Shown here: positions 1-9,872 of the stretch, in pieces
Position numbering within the stretch: position 1 is the stretch's first letter
Layout of the letters: the number at the start of each line of letters is the position of its first letter
Source: a plasmid
DNA: 64,000 nucleotides
Sequence record: NZ_CP137560.1
Direction: 5' to 3' (one strand)
Notes under the pieces: generated by a model
Database searches by the model: none
Told to the model about the DNA's origin: nothing
Seen by the model: only the letters and a program-made list of their open reading frames with translations
Translations under genes and position numbers: made by a program

Positions 1-2910
1 AACATTGACCTGTACGTTGACCGTAGCCCACACAAGGGTGCTCCGTTCTCCGAACACATCAATCGGGAACGAAATCTGTCCGCTCGACTTGCTTACCATT
101 ACATCTTCGCTAATAGTTTCCGTCCCTATGCTTGAGATGGTAATTCTTGCCTCTCCATCAACATTAGAAATATCACCTTCCACGTTTGTGGATTTTTTCG
201 TCTCATGATTACTTGGAAGAGAAAGATTATTTGCACTTATCTTTTGATTACCCTTATAGACAGTCACAGTCGCATATTTACCGCTTAATGTAGCTGAATC
301 AACAAGACCGTTATCGTCTGTATCGAACACGAGGGTGGCTGGAGATACTTCTACTCTGTAGGCATCCTCGCCAGGTGTACCATCCTCGCCTGTTATCTTC
401 ACAGGTTCTGACCAAGGAAGTACAGCCTTTCCGTCTTTCAAAGTGGCTTGGCTCATCCACACCGTAGATGGCATAGAGACGAGATTGTCGGATAGGTCGA
501 AGCGGAATAAGCCATAGTCTCCGTTGCTATTACCACTGCTGTCCTTACAATAGGAGACATAGAAGAAATGCTGTCCTGCCGTAGTGACATGGTAAGAATA
601 TGAAGTTTCTATTCCATTACCAGATATATATGCAACACCCTTCTTTTGAAGGTTGTTTGAACCAGTTATCTCTGTATCAAGTTCATGAACTTGAACGAAG
701 TCAAAGTTAGCCTCGGAATAAGCCTTAATAACAGCATTAACGTCCAAATTATCTACATTTGTAGAGAAAGACACTTTCATTATTGCCCATCCATAGCTAT
801 CAGACAACCCAGCAGGAGATTTTCGCCATGTTTCTCCACTATCAGAAACTTCCGACCACTCCGAGGTACTATATCCGCTCGTAGTGCTATCGACGCTGTA
901 ATTTCCGTAGCTAACGTTGCTCACCTTGTTATAAGACCCACCTTCCCGAGGTGTGCGAGACCATCCGCCAGACAGCTGAGACAAATCTTCAACGGTTGGT
1001 TTTGAAGGTTGAGACGTAGCGTTTTTGTATGCCATGACCACACCCTCACCGCTCTGACCGAGAGTAAACGAGGCAGCAGCGAGCTTTGTCGTATGATTTG
1101 CATCATCATACAACTCGACGGTAATGTGAGATTTCCCTTCTATCTCGGAAGGGAAAGCGTTATAAATGTCAATATAACTAACATTACTACCATTAAGTCT
1201 GTTGGTCATGCCGTCACTCACTGCGTCATCAACATAAACAACACAGCTACTATCAGGGAGTCCTATCTGTTCCCTCGTGCCGCTCGTAATATCTGAGCCA
1301 ACAGACTTTGTATAGGTTACATACAAAACCTTTCGGTCTGCACCAGCAATACTTCGTGACGCTGTGTACAACTGGATTCCGTAAGATACAGCATCATCAC
1401 CTTTCTCGCCCTTACCTCCGACAAGAACCTTTTTCCAGTTAGGCGAGCTATCTAAAGGCTCATCGGTGACACCAACACCAGAGTTGGCAACACATACCCA
1501 CACGGCATTATCATGATTTACTTGGTCGTTCTTGTGGTAGGTGTTTCCGTCCACCCAATCGCCACGATAGTTGATGATGTTGATAGTGCTGCCATCATCG
1601 GAAATCCACTCGAAACGAGAAGAATTGATTTTCGTTCCTCCTTTTGGAGAGGTCTCAAACACCGACAGAGACACCTCTTTATCACTACCATTTACACTTT
1701 TCGTAAAAGTATGCTTATATTCTGTGATATTGGCAAAACAAGCGATACGAGGGGCATAGTCACCCGTAGTCTCTAAGACGATTACATTCTGTCTGTCCGT
1801 CTTGTCGTATTCCTGCTGACCATTACGATGTCTGTTTCCATCAAGCACGATTGTGTCACCCTCGGCAGGAATGCCTTTTGTCTCAGTAGGTGCTTTATCC
1901 TCTGTAGTATATCCGTCGATGTCTTCAGAATGCTTACCTATGACAATCCATGCGAACGCCTGCCCATCATACAGTTCCACCTGCACTTCCCTTGTCTGCT
2001 CGTTGCCATCCTCATCGCGATAAGTCTCCGTCTTAGTGCCGTATATCTTCTCGTTCTGCGTAGATATACCACCATCAGGGATAGTTCGCCAGTAGCTCTT
2101 GTTGCTTGCATCGTTGTACGTTCCACCAGACGTAATTTCGCCAATAGTCTTGCAGCGCACTTGGTCCCCCTCCTGCCAGTAATTCATCGTAGCAGTAGTT
2201 CCGTCGTCAGCCAAGAGATAGCACTTCCAGCCAACGCATTCCGCATCATCCTCAGTTGTTTCTACCCAAGTTTTCACACCACCATCCGATACCGATTGCT
2301 TGACAGGCACAACCTTGATAAGCTTGCTGCCTGCGCCCGATAGATAGATATTGCCTCCCGAATAAGACAGTTTACGCACCTCTAACTCATGGAATATCGC
2401 CTTGCCCCAAATGGTGAGGTTGGAGAAGAAGGCATGATACTTGCCACTCTTCTCCTTCTCGATAGAAAAACCCTGCTCAGCCGCATTATCGTAATCAATG
2501 GATTTGATAGCGTCAAACACCGCTTCACCCAGCTTAGTAATCTTTGCATTATTGCCGAACTTTGCGCCCATCATTAAATCTGCAAGACCTTTAGCAATAA
2601 GACCTTTCGCAAAGATCACCATACCCTTTACTACCTGAGGATCCACAGTATCTTTCAGACTCAAATACTGCTGTAATATTTCCGCATCCTCATGAAGGTT
2701 GCCCGCCTCAGAGGCGTAGACTGCATTCTGTGCCGATGCAGCCGTACCTGCATAGGTTGCCTGATCTGCAACTTCTGCCCGCTTGGTCTTATCAGCCCTG
2801 GCAGCGTGCTCAGCTTCAGATATAACTCCGGATATATACTTAGTCGAGGAAGATGATCCGGACGAACCTCCCGTCTTCTTTGGCTTGGCAAAAGTCTTAA
2901 TTTCTATCAT
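1..2910 (-). CDS. phage tail fibre / host-specificity protein; 3' part truncated by window edge (>960 aa; ATG at 2908-2910)
   Basis: Manual translation shows an uninterrupted minus-strand frame from the ATG at 2910 to position 1 (MIEIKTFAKPKKTGGSSGSSSST...). It is absent from the ORF track because no stop lies in the window. Ser/Thr/Gly-rich with short G-x-y runs; last gene of the tail module. Confidence 0.55.
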   Translation of the reverse strand, partial: MIEIKTFAKPKKTGGSSGSSSSTKYISGVISEAEHAARADKTKRAEVADQATYAGTAASAQNAVYASEAGNLHEDAEILQQYLSLKDTVDPQVVKGMVIFAKGLIAKGLADLMMGAKFGNNAKITKLGEAVFDAIKSIDYDNAAEQGFSIEKEKSGKYHAFFSNLTIWGKAIFHELEVRKLSYSGGNIYLSGAGSKLIKVVPVKQSVSDGGVKTWVETTEDDAECVGWKCYLLADDGTTATMNYWQEGDQVRCKTIGEITSGGTYNDASNKSYWRTIPDGGISTQNEKIYGTKTETYRDEDGNEQTREVQVELYDGQAFAWIVIGKHSEDIDGYTTEDKAPTETKGIPAEGDTIVLDGNRHRNGQQEYDKTDRQNVIVLETTGDYAPRIACFANITEYKHTFTKSVNGSDKEVSLSVFETSPKGGTKINSSRFEWISDDGSTINIINYRGDWVDGNTYHKNDQVNHDNAVWVCVANSGVGVTDEPLDSSPNWKKVLVGGKGEKGDDAVSYGIQLYTASRSIAGADRKVLYVTYTKSVGSDITSGTREQIGLPDSSCVVYVDDAVSDGMTNRLNGSNVSYIDIYNAFPSEIEGKSHITVELYDDANHTTKLAAASFTLGQSGEGVVMAYKNATSQPSKPTVEDLSQLSGGWSRTPREGGSYNKVSNVSYGNYSVDSTTSGYSTSEWSEVSDSGETWRKSPAGLSDSYGWAIMKVSFSTNVDNLDVNAVIKAYSEANFDFVQVHELDTEITGSNNLQKKGVAYISGNGIETSYSYHVTTAGQHFFYVSYCKDSSGNSNGDYGLFRFDLSDNLVSMPSTVWMSQATLKDGKAVLPWSEPVKITGEDGTPGEDAYRVEVSPATLVFDTDDNGLVDSATLSGKYATVTVYKGNQKISANNLSLPSNHETKKSTNVEGDISNVDGEARITISSIGTETISEDVMVSKSSGQISFPIDVFGERSTLVWATVNVQVNV

Positions 2911-2944
2911 ATTATAATCCTTTTATAACACTATTAAAATCACT

Positions 2945-5665
2945 TTAGAACAACTCTCTCATCGTCACCACAGCAGTACCCTCAGCGAGATTCCTGTCCA
3001 TACCCTGCACATAGAACCGTTTACCGATCACAGGAACACTAAAGATGCTCGCAAAGCTAAGCCCCTTCTTTGGCTCGATGACGTTCTGCGTCATCACCAC
3101 CCTCGGTTCGTGCCATTCCTGCCAGTATGCATCCACATACAACTTCTCCGGCTTATCCGCCAAGTTCTGGTTGCGGTCATAGATGCCGACAAGTGCATTC
3201 TTGGTCGCCTCGTTCTGTGGAGATGATAGTTTCACCGCATTATTTACCCCTAACGCCTTGCACTCCTTCGAGGTGAGCGCGGTGGTAAACCGAAACTCCA
3301 GGTCATCCTTTCGGTTGACGAAGTTTTCGCCGGTATCACTCTTATATACGATATCCTTTTCATCACTTACCGCACCTATCTTGCCGTTGTCGCTGACCAC
3401 CTCTATCTTGAACTCCTTCAGCATGATGCTATTGATCTCCTGCAGGAGAAGATGACTATCCTGATACCACTTGGTGTGTCGCCAGAAAGAAGGGTGCCTT
3501 CTCGTTATCTCATTCCATTCCGCATTTACGGGCCCGAGTATTTTAAACTGCACACTGCCGCTTATGTGGTCAGACATGCGGATAGGTATCGCAGTACCCT
3601 CTGCAGTAATACCCTTTGTATATGGAGCATTCTTGCGGATCTCAAACTCCGTGCCTATAATTTTGTCCCTTAACTTCGGGTCAATGCCGATAGTGAAGCT
3701 CTGTGCGTAGTACTCGTCATCCGTTGCGCATTCGCTCCGCTCCTTGTATTTCTTCCATACAAAATCATTCGTATCGCCTTCGCCCTGACTCGTGCCGCCT
3801 ACCGCATTCTTATCGCCCTTATTGCATTCTACGACGCATTTATCGCCGATAATGAGCATACAGGATATAAGGCCCACTCGCTTGATCGTATCAGTAGCAG
3901 TACCAACTGCACTATACTTATATTCATGCTCCTGAGGACCTGTGCCTGTATAAGGATAGAAGGAATGAGAACTTTCTATTTCATTAGCCTTACCATACAC
4001 CGGTTCCTGGTTCCACTGTTCAGAATACCAATACTTGCGGGTATAATACCTTCCGTCACCATTATTGCGGCTCGGTACGGTCTTATGCCAATAAGAATTA
4101 GGATTCTGAAGTGTCGGTTTCCAGTATCCATCAAGCACCATGTGACCATATATATCCGTAACATTCATTACAGGATTAAGGACCATTTTGCCGCTAATCA
4201 CGATATAATTAATCGTGTCGCTATCAGCAGGCGAAAAAGTACCTCCGCTCTTGTTTCCCGTATATTCCGCTACAGGGCACGACGCAAGAATCTCCTCCTC
4301 GGTTGGGTGTCCACTTCTGCCCATGGTAGAAATGATCAGATAGTTATCCATACTCACCGAAGTAACGAGGGAAGACGAGTTGCCGCCATTTTTGCGTTCT
4401 ATCTTGCCGAAAGCACACACACAAGCACCGATACCAGCTGTAAGACCATTATTCAAGATATCCTGCTGTTTGGTTCCGTCTGCGGGGTATTTCTCGTACA
4501 TATCTATACGACTGCCGTTTTCTATTCCGTAGAACTTCCAGTTCGTTACAGCCTTCGGCCAGCAGAACCAGTCCACCTGACTGGCATCCTGCCAGTCTGT
4601 TTTCTCCCTTCCCGTCGTCATAGCTTTCATGCTATTGTATGCGGTTTTCCCTTCACCTTCAGCTATATACTCGGTCATGTATTTCTGGAAGTTTCCTGCA
4701 GCAATCAGCGAATTATCATCGAGCGGACTTTCTATCATGTCATCCACCTCTGTCACGTTATCAGTAAGCAGCAACTCGTTGTATGTTTCACCAATACTGA
4801 TTTTCGTATCACAGTCAGCCACCTCGATATCCTTACCAACCCGATATGTAGGTATCTCAATACTCTTCTCGGTGCCTTTATCTATTCTATATAAATTCAA
4901 ATAAGAATTTTTCCGTATCGACTCCCAGGAGAATATATAGAAGACAGTACCTTCCTGCACAATATGCAGATTGAGATACTTCAGTATTTCGTTGAGTACG
5001 TCTTCCTGCGTCCACATGTCATCCTCCTTGTCACCAAAGAACAGCAATTCGTTGATACTGATATTCTGGAATATATTATATATTTCGTCACCCGTTCCGT
5101 CACTCAACGCTTTCGAGCCATCATACATTATCTTAAACGTACCTCCTCCCATATAATTAGCCGCTTCGCCTACATCATTCAGTATTTCTGCGATGATATC
5201 ATAGAAAGTACGCTGCGCCGCCTTACCTTTGAGCGCATCATAAAGAACCGCTGCAGCTCCCACATTCCGATAGTTGGAATAAGAGAGGGCAGAAAGGCAG
5301 TCGATACAGGTCAGCTCCACCTCGTCATAGTCTTCATTATAGCCCTGGCTAAACGCCTGCGGCTCTATATACCCTGCAAAAATACATTCCTCGTTTCTGA
5401 GGATATTCACCACAGCATCACGGCAGGAATTACAGAAGAAGTCCGGCACGAAATTCTTGCACAACAGGCGTACACTTGCCTGATAGCAAAGGAGGTGATC
5501 AAACGTATCGTTTACCTGCGAAGTAATCTCCACAGGGTCATCGGTAAAGAATATACCATCCTTTTCGTTGCCAATTTCCACTCTTTGAGAATCATCACCA
5601 TTCGTAATGATGATTACCGTAATCTTATCTTCCCGATTATTATAAAAATCTCCTTCAAAAAGCAT
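2945..5665 (-). CDS. large phage tail/baseplate structural protein (906 aa)
   Basis: Long ORF immediately downstream of the tape measure gene in the minus-strand tail operon. No recognised catalytic motif. Confidence 0.5.
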   Translation of the reverse strand: MLFEGDFYNNREDKITVIIITNGDDSQRVEIGNEKDGIFFTDDPVEITSQVNDTFDHLLCYQASVRLLCKNFVPDFFCNSCRDAVVNILRNEECIFAGYIEPQAFSQGYNEDYDEVELTCIDCLSALSYSNYRNVGAAAVLYDALKGKAAQRTFYDIIAEILNDVGEAANYMGGGTFKIMYDGSKALSDGTGDEIYNIFQNISINELLFFGDKEDDMWTQEDVLNEILKYLNLHIVQEGTVFYIFSWESIRKNSYLNLYRIDKGTEKSIEIPTYRVGKDIEVADCDTKISIGETYNELLLTDNVTEVDDMIESPLDDNSLIAAGNFQKYMTEYIAEGEGKTAYNSMKAMTTGREKTDWQDASQVDWFCWPKAVTNWKFYGIENGSRIDMYEKYPADGTKQQDILNNGLTAGIGACVCAFGKIERKNGGNSSSLVTSVSMDNYLIISTMGRSGHPTEEEILASCPVAEYTGNKSGGTFSPADSDTINYIVISGKMVLNPVMNVTDIYGHMVLDGYWKPTLQNPNSYWHKTVPSRNNGDGRYYTRKYWYSEQWNQEPVYGKANEIESSHSFYPYTGTGPQEHEYKYSAVGTATDTIKRVGLISCMLIIGDKCVVECNKGDKNAVGGTSQGEGDTNDFVWKKYKERSECATDDEYYAQSFTIGIDPKLRDKIIGTEFEIRKNAPYTKGITAEGTAIPIRMSDHISGSVQFKILGPVNAEWNEITRRHPSFWRHTKWYQDSHLLLQEINSIMLKEFKIEVVSDNGKIGAVSDEKDIVYKSDTGENFVNRKDDLEFRFTTALTSKECKALGVNNAVKLSSPQNEATKNALVGIYDRNQNLADKPEKLYVDAYWQEWHEPRVVMTQNVIEPKKGLSFASIFSVPVIGKRFYVQGMDRNLAEGTAVVTMRELF

Positions 5666-5670
5666 AGTTT

Positions 5671-8331
5671 CTAAATTTTAATGTTACTACGTCTGCGATT
5701 GTTTCTCGTTTCGTTCGCTACCGCCATCACTATATCACGCCCACGGAGTCGGCCGCTGATGCCAAGAGTTGCGCTCATGCCGCTACCGATGCCCTGCAGT
5801 CCTGCAGTATTCACCGACACACCCTGTACCGCTGCACCGTTGGCAATGGCAAAGAGTCGTGCCTGCTGGGCTGCATTCAGGATCATCTCGCCAGAGTTAA
5901 CCCTTACCAAGACCTTATCGCCCGATGTCTGATTGCCGCCAACAATACCACCAGTGGCAAACTGACTGATGGTGGATATGATGCTCGTAAGTTGTGCCGT
6001 TCCCGAAATACCGAAAGCAAGCCACTCTATCCAGGTCTTACAGGTACTCATGGCCTGCGCAAAGGAAAGAACAAACTGGCCGATGGCTGCAGCCACCATT
6101 CCCGCCTTGGCCGCTGCTGAGTCTCCACCCAACTGCTGCAGGGCAGAACCAAACATCTCACAACTGGCTCCAGCCGCCGCCATACCCTTGGCAGTAGAAT
6201 CGCTTATGCCGTTGATATCGGCCAAGCCGGTACGCACACTCTCAAAGTTGCTTACGTCTATATTGAAGAGCGAGGAGATATGGTCATAATCCCGTGCCTT
6301 GGCTTCCACTTCTGTGTTGATGACAAGTGGCTTATCTGACAGCCTCTGGCGCATTGTCTCCATTTCTTCATCCAGCTGAGCCTTCAGGTTGATTGCAAAA
6401 GCCTTTACGTCAACCTTCGGAACATCCTCGATACCGACATCCACCTTCAGCATATATAGCTGGCGCTGGAGTCCTTCTATTTCTGCATTCAGAGCACGGG
6501 CAGTCGCCTTGTCGGCTGTGGCGTTGAGCTCCTTCTGCTTCTCGTTGATTTTCTCCTCATACCAGTCGATACTACCTTCTAAGGCTTTCTTGTCCTCAGT
6601 TACTCCAGGAGTATTCCCCGTGTTGGTATTACCGCTGCCTCCGGCATTACCGGTCGAACCGGTTGAGGCATTAAAAGAAGGAGGTGTTGCACTATACCCT
6701 GCAGTATGCTTATAGCTGATATTCTGGTTCTGCTTGACAAGGGCTTCCATACGCTTCTTGATGTTCTGTTCCTGCCGATACAGATTGGTCACCACCTTGT
6801 CCGCCTCTGCCTTCTGGCTGGTGCCAGGCAAGATTTGAAGCCCCTCACCCTTAACATATCCTATTTTATCCCTATTATCAAACTTTTTAACCTTTCCGTT
6901 TTTATCGTGCGTATAGTCGTATCGTTGCTGCTGCAGGTCGGCTGCCCGGTTGGCAAGATTACGGATGGTAATCTCGCTGATCATCTGATTACAGTAAGCC
7001 TTAGAGTTGGCGGTAAGCGCCTGATACCATTGGCTCACGGTAGAGTAGTAGCCCATCGCTTCACCATACTTGGTGTTCATCTGCTGCACCATGGCCTTCT
7101 CCTGTTCCTTGCTTCCCTTGAAGTTCTTCAGGGTAGCGATGTTCTGCGTCATCTCGCTGCGCACGCTCGCCATCTGCTGCGCCGTCTGCTGATGAGCTAT
7201 CTTTGCCCGCTGCTCTGCCTCCGAAAGATTATCTACACTCTTGACCGCATCATCACTGCTATTCATGAGGTAGTTGATAGCCTCGGTAAGCGCCACGATA
7301 GCGATACCTACACCCGTGGAAATCAGCAGGCTTTTGACCGCCACTCCCAATGCCCTCGTTGCTACAGCTGCAGTTGTAGCTCCAACCGCTTCTCCATGCA
7401 TTGTCGCCGTCAGCACCCTCACTACCGCCGTCATACCCACCTTTGCCCTGCTCGTTGCCTCGGTCACCACCGTCAGAGTACTGAAGGCCTTGATGGCAGC
7501 ATACAGCGAAGTAGTGAGCTTTACCACACCCGTTATAGTAATGGTTATCTGCGAAGCCATGGTGACGTATGGCGCGATTCCCTGTACGAGTGCGCCCATC
7601 TGTTCCTTAATATCACCAAGAGTATTCTCCAGTTGCTTCTGCTTGCCTGCATCTGTCTTGGCCAGCTCGGCATTCATGTTGCCTACATTTTGTGTGATAA
7701 CCTTAGCAAGCATGGCTGCACGCTCACTCTCGGTACCATACTGGAGCACTTTCTTCTGGGATTCATCAAAGGTAATACCGACACGCTGCAATACTTCCAC
7801 CTGTCCCTGCATTGCCTTACCCATCATATTTCCGATGCTTACGGCATCCTGATTGGTGGCATTCAGTCCGTTCTGCTGCGCCACAAGGTTATTCATGGCA
7901 GGAATAAGTACGTCGAGACTTCGTTTATTTTGCAGAAAGGTAGCCATCTGCTGCGCACCACTCAACTGCACCTCGTCGCCTATTACACCCAACTCCTGCT
8001 GTGCCGAACAGAGATTTTTTATGCTCTGTATCTGCTCATCGGTGGCTGCCATGCGTTGGCGCATGATAGTCTCTATTTGGGTTTCTGCCACGAGCTGAAC
8101 CTGATAAGCAGAGGTTAAGTCGCTTACCACACCCTGCAACTCACCGATAGAGCTTTGTAGCACATCAATAGCTTGCGATGTTTCCGCCCAGGTCAGCACG
8201 CTGCGTTTAGCCTTCTCGCTCTCATCTTGCACGGATCGTACAGCTCTGCCCAGTTGTTCTGCATCCATGGTTACCTTCTTAAAGGTCCCCCTGTCATCCA
8301 GTTTTATCGTAAAACTTACTTCCTTTGCCAT
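5671..8331 (-). CDS. phage tail tape measure protein (886 aa)
   Basis: Position after the G/GT chaperones. Long Ala/Gln/Glu-rich helical N-terminal half, central hydrophobic segments (GVAVKSLLISTGVGIAIVALTEAINYL), and a C-terminal Gly-rich region. Confidence 0.8.
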   Translation of the reverse strand: MAKEVSFTIKLDDRGTFKKVTMDAEQLGRAVRSVQDESEKAKRSVLTWAETSQAIDVLQSSIGELQGVVSDLTSAYQVQLVAETQIETIMRQRMAATDEQIQSIKNLCSAQQELGVIGDEVQLSGAQQMATFLQNKRSLDVLIPAMNNLVAQQNGLNATNQDAVSIGNMMGKAMQGQVEVLQRVGITFDESQKKVLQYGTESERAAMLAKVITQNVGNMNAELAKTDAGKQKQLENTLGDIKEQMGALVQGIAPYVTMASQITITITGVVKLTTSLYAAIKAFSTLTVVTEATSRAKVGMTAVVRVLTATMHGEAVGATTAAVATRALGVAVKSLLISTGVGIAIVALTEAINYLMNSSDDAVKSVDNLSEAEQRAKIAHQQTAQQMASVRSEMTQNIATLKNFKGSKEQEKAMVQQMNTKYGEAMGYYSTVSQWYQALTANSKAYCNQMISEITIRNLANRAADLQQQRYDYTHDKNGKVKKFDNRDKIGYVKGEGLQILPGTSQKAEADKVVTNLYRQEQNIKKRMEALVKQNQNISYKHTAGYSATPPSFNASTGSTGNAGGSGNTNTGNTPGVTEDKKALEGSIDWYEEKINEKQKELNATADKATARALNAEIEGLQRQLYMLKVDVGIEDVPKVDVKAFAINLKAQLDEEMETMRQRLSDKPLVINTEVEAKARDYDHISSLFNIDVSNFESVRTGLADINGISDSTAKGMAAAGASCEMFGSALQQLGGDSAAAKAGMVAAAIGQFVLSFAQAMSTCKTWIEWLAFGISGTAQLTSIISTISQFATGGIVGGNQTSGDKVLVRVNSGEMILNAAQQARLFAIANGAAVQGVSVNTAGLQGIGSGMSATLGISGRLRGRDIVMAVANETRNNRRRSNIKI

Positions 8332-8341
8332 ATTTATATCA

Positions 8342-8377
8342 ATTTTGTTTGGTCGTTTCTAATTTTATGTTTATATT
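8342..8377 (+). promoter_or_regulatory. Bacteroides-type promoter (TTTG -33 / TAtaTTTG -7) driving antisense moron
   Basis: TTTG at 8342-8349 and TATATTTG at 8370-8377 with 20-nt spacing match the Bacteroidetes consensus TTTG-N19-21-TAnnTTTG. The ATG at 8409 lies ~32 nt downstream. Confidence 0.45.
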
Positions 8378-8408
8378 TGCAGCGTGTCACGTATTAAACA
8401 ATAACACA

Positions 8409-8654
8409 ATGGATAAAAAAACTAAAGTCGTCATCAGGAAAAGAGTCCCAAAGAATAAGATTCCAAAGGGTCTCACACGGATAATGTTCACCCTGGCAAT
8501 ATTCTTCTTTATACTCTGCCAGTGGCAGACCAAGGTATTCTTCGATGGAAAACATTCTTTCGAGGTAGTGGCTGCCATGATGGTTTTCGGCAGTCTGTCC
8601 GGATTATCCCTTCTATTCTTTCTCGGGCTTCTCGTTAGCAAACTGGGCGACTGA
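8409..8654 (+). CDS. small 2-TM membrane protein (81 aa), antisense moron within tail operon
   Basis: ORF MDKKTKVVIRKRVPKNK...FTLAIFFFILCQW...MMVFGSLSGLSLLFFLGLLV has two hydrophobic helices. It sits in the 340-bp gap between the GT stop and the tape measure start, on the opposite strand, with its own promoter. Confidence 0.45.
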   Translation: MDKKTKVVIRKRVPKNKIPKGLTRIMFTLAIFFFILCQWQTKVFFDGKHSFEVVAAMMVFGSLSGLSLLFFLGLLVSKLGD

Positions 8655-8669
8655 ATTATTTAATCCTGG

Positions 8670-9349
8670 TTATCTTAATCCCGCCCGCTTTTTGGCAGCC
8701 CGATACCTCTCCATGATTTCCTCACGGCTCATCGGCTTTTTGTTCTTCACTCCTTCCTCTTCACTCTTCCCTCGTTCCTCCCACGGGAACCTCATGATGT
8801 CCTGTGGCGTAAGCTTCGACTTAGAGTAAGGCTGCATACTGCAGAGACACTGCATCCTTATGCGTTCCCATCTGCCTCGCTCCCTGCTTGTCTGCATCTC
8901 ATTCCATGCCTCATACGCTGCGTAAAACTCCGAAGGGGTGCATCGGCAAAAGTCATCCATACTCATACCAATACACCCCATCGCGATACCCAACAGATGT
9001 TCCGCATCCGTAGGTTCATATTTCTCCGAGTCAGAGCCTATGGCTTCGTCTCGGCTTTTTTTTTCTCACTCTCTTCGTTCATTGCCGCATTCCAGGCACT
9101 CACGTCGTCCGGAGTGATCAGACAACAGAAAGTCTCGAAATCGACATCAAACTCCACTCCGTCGGCCTTACAGGCACTCACGACACAACACCACATGAAC
9201 ATCAGTAACTCTTCTATGTTGTTAGCGTCCATGTCGCTCACGTCTTTCTGCAGATTTCTCTTAAACAGGAGCATCGCTCCCATCGAGAGGCGGCAAGGCA
9301 ATTCCTTGCCGCCTACATTGATCAGCGTTTTTTTCATTAATACATACAA
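8670..9349 (-). CDS. tail assembly chaperone GT, predicted -1 programmed frameshift product (~225 aa)
   Basis: The downstream ORF 8670-8993 is in the -1 frame relative to G (checked by coordinate arithmetic). That frame is open from 9065 through 8670, with the only upstream stop at 9066-9068, immediately 5' of the A9 slippery run. Confidence 0.5.
9038..9349 (-). CDS. tail assembly chaperone G (103 aa)
   Basis: Small acidic protein between the major tail protein and the tape measure. Ends ...EESEKKKAETKP, with an A9 run (GAGAAAAAAAAAGCC on the coding strand, 9056-9064) just before the stop. Confidence 0.6.
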   Translation of the reverse strand: MYVLMKKTLINVGGKELPCRLSMGAMLLFKRNLQKDVSDMDANNIEELLMFMWCCVVSACKADGVEFDVDFETFCCLITPDDVSAWNAAMNEESEKKKAETKP

Positions 9350-9378
9350 TATTTAAAGAAAAATGAAAACAGTATCTT

Positions 9379-9867
9379 TTAACTCAATTCTTCAGAATGG
9401 CCTGTAGCACTGCTTGCGCTACCACTCTGCAAACCGTCGGTCTGTTTCTCCACCTTGCCGTAGTTCTCCAGCTGTACGGTGTACTTGGCATCATCGCCCG
9501 CCTGACCGTCCAGATCGAGAGAGGTAATAATGTACTTACCCTTATATCCACCAGCCGTCTTGCCGGTACGCTTGCCAGCCTCACGGATATTATAGCTGCA
9601 GGTTACAGGTGTGCTACTCAGCATCAGGTCCTTCAACTGGTCGTAGGTAGGAGCACCCGTATCAGCGTCCGTACAAACCAAGCCGTCGGCAGAGATACTC
9701 TCCGAGAAACTCTTCACGTACTTCTCTTTCCACTTCGCACCTGCAGCCTCCTTGGTCATACGTTCACCCGTCTCGGCAGAGGTGGTAATCTTACAACCTG
9801 TACTGAAGGCCAATGCGCCATCATTTACGGAGAGGATAAGATCAGTACCGTCCAATATATTTTCCAT
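9379..9867 (-). CDS. phage major tail protein (162 aa)
   Basis: Size, position directly upstream of G/GT-tape measure, and a Thr/Gly/Ser-rich beta-type sequence. Confidence 0.6.
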   Translation of the reverse strand: MENILDGTDLILSVNDGALAFSTGCKITTSAETGERMTKEAAGAKWKEKYVKSFSESISADGLVCTDADTGAPTYDQLKDLMLSSTPVTCSYNIREAGKRTGKTAGGYKGKYIITSLDLDGQAGDDAKYTVQLENYGKVEKQTDGLQSGSASSATGHSEELS

Positions 9868-9872
9868 ATTGA

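Noticed and set aside
1-2910. Diversity-generating retroelement associated with the tail fibre gene
   Set aside because: No reverse transcriptase ORF or template/variable repeat pair is visible in the window. The fibre 3' end lies off-window, so this cannot be excluded.
3926-4894. Plus-strand ORFs of 322 aa (3926-4894), 236 aa (4964-5674) and 470 aa (6706-8118)
   Set aside because: They are antisense to the 906-aa tail protein and the tape measure gene. Their Cys/His/Arg-rich, low-complexity translations are typical of shadow ORFs opposite high-GC coding sequence.
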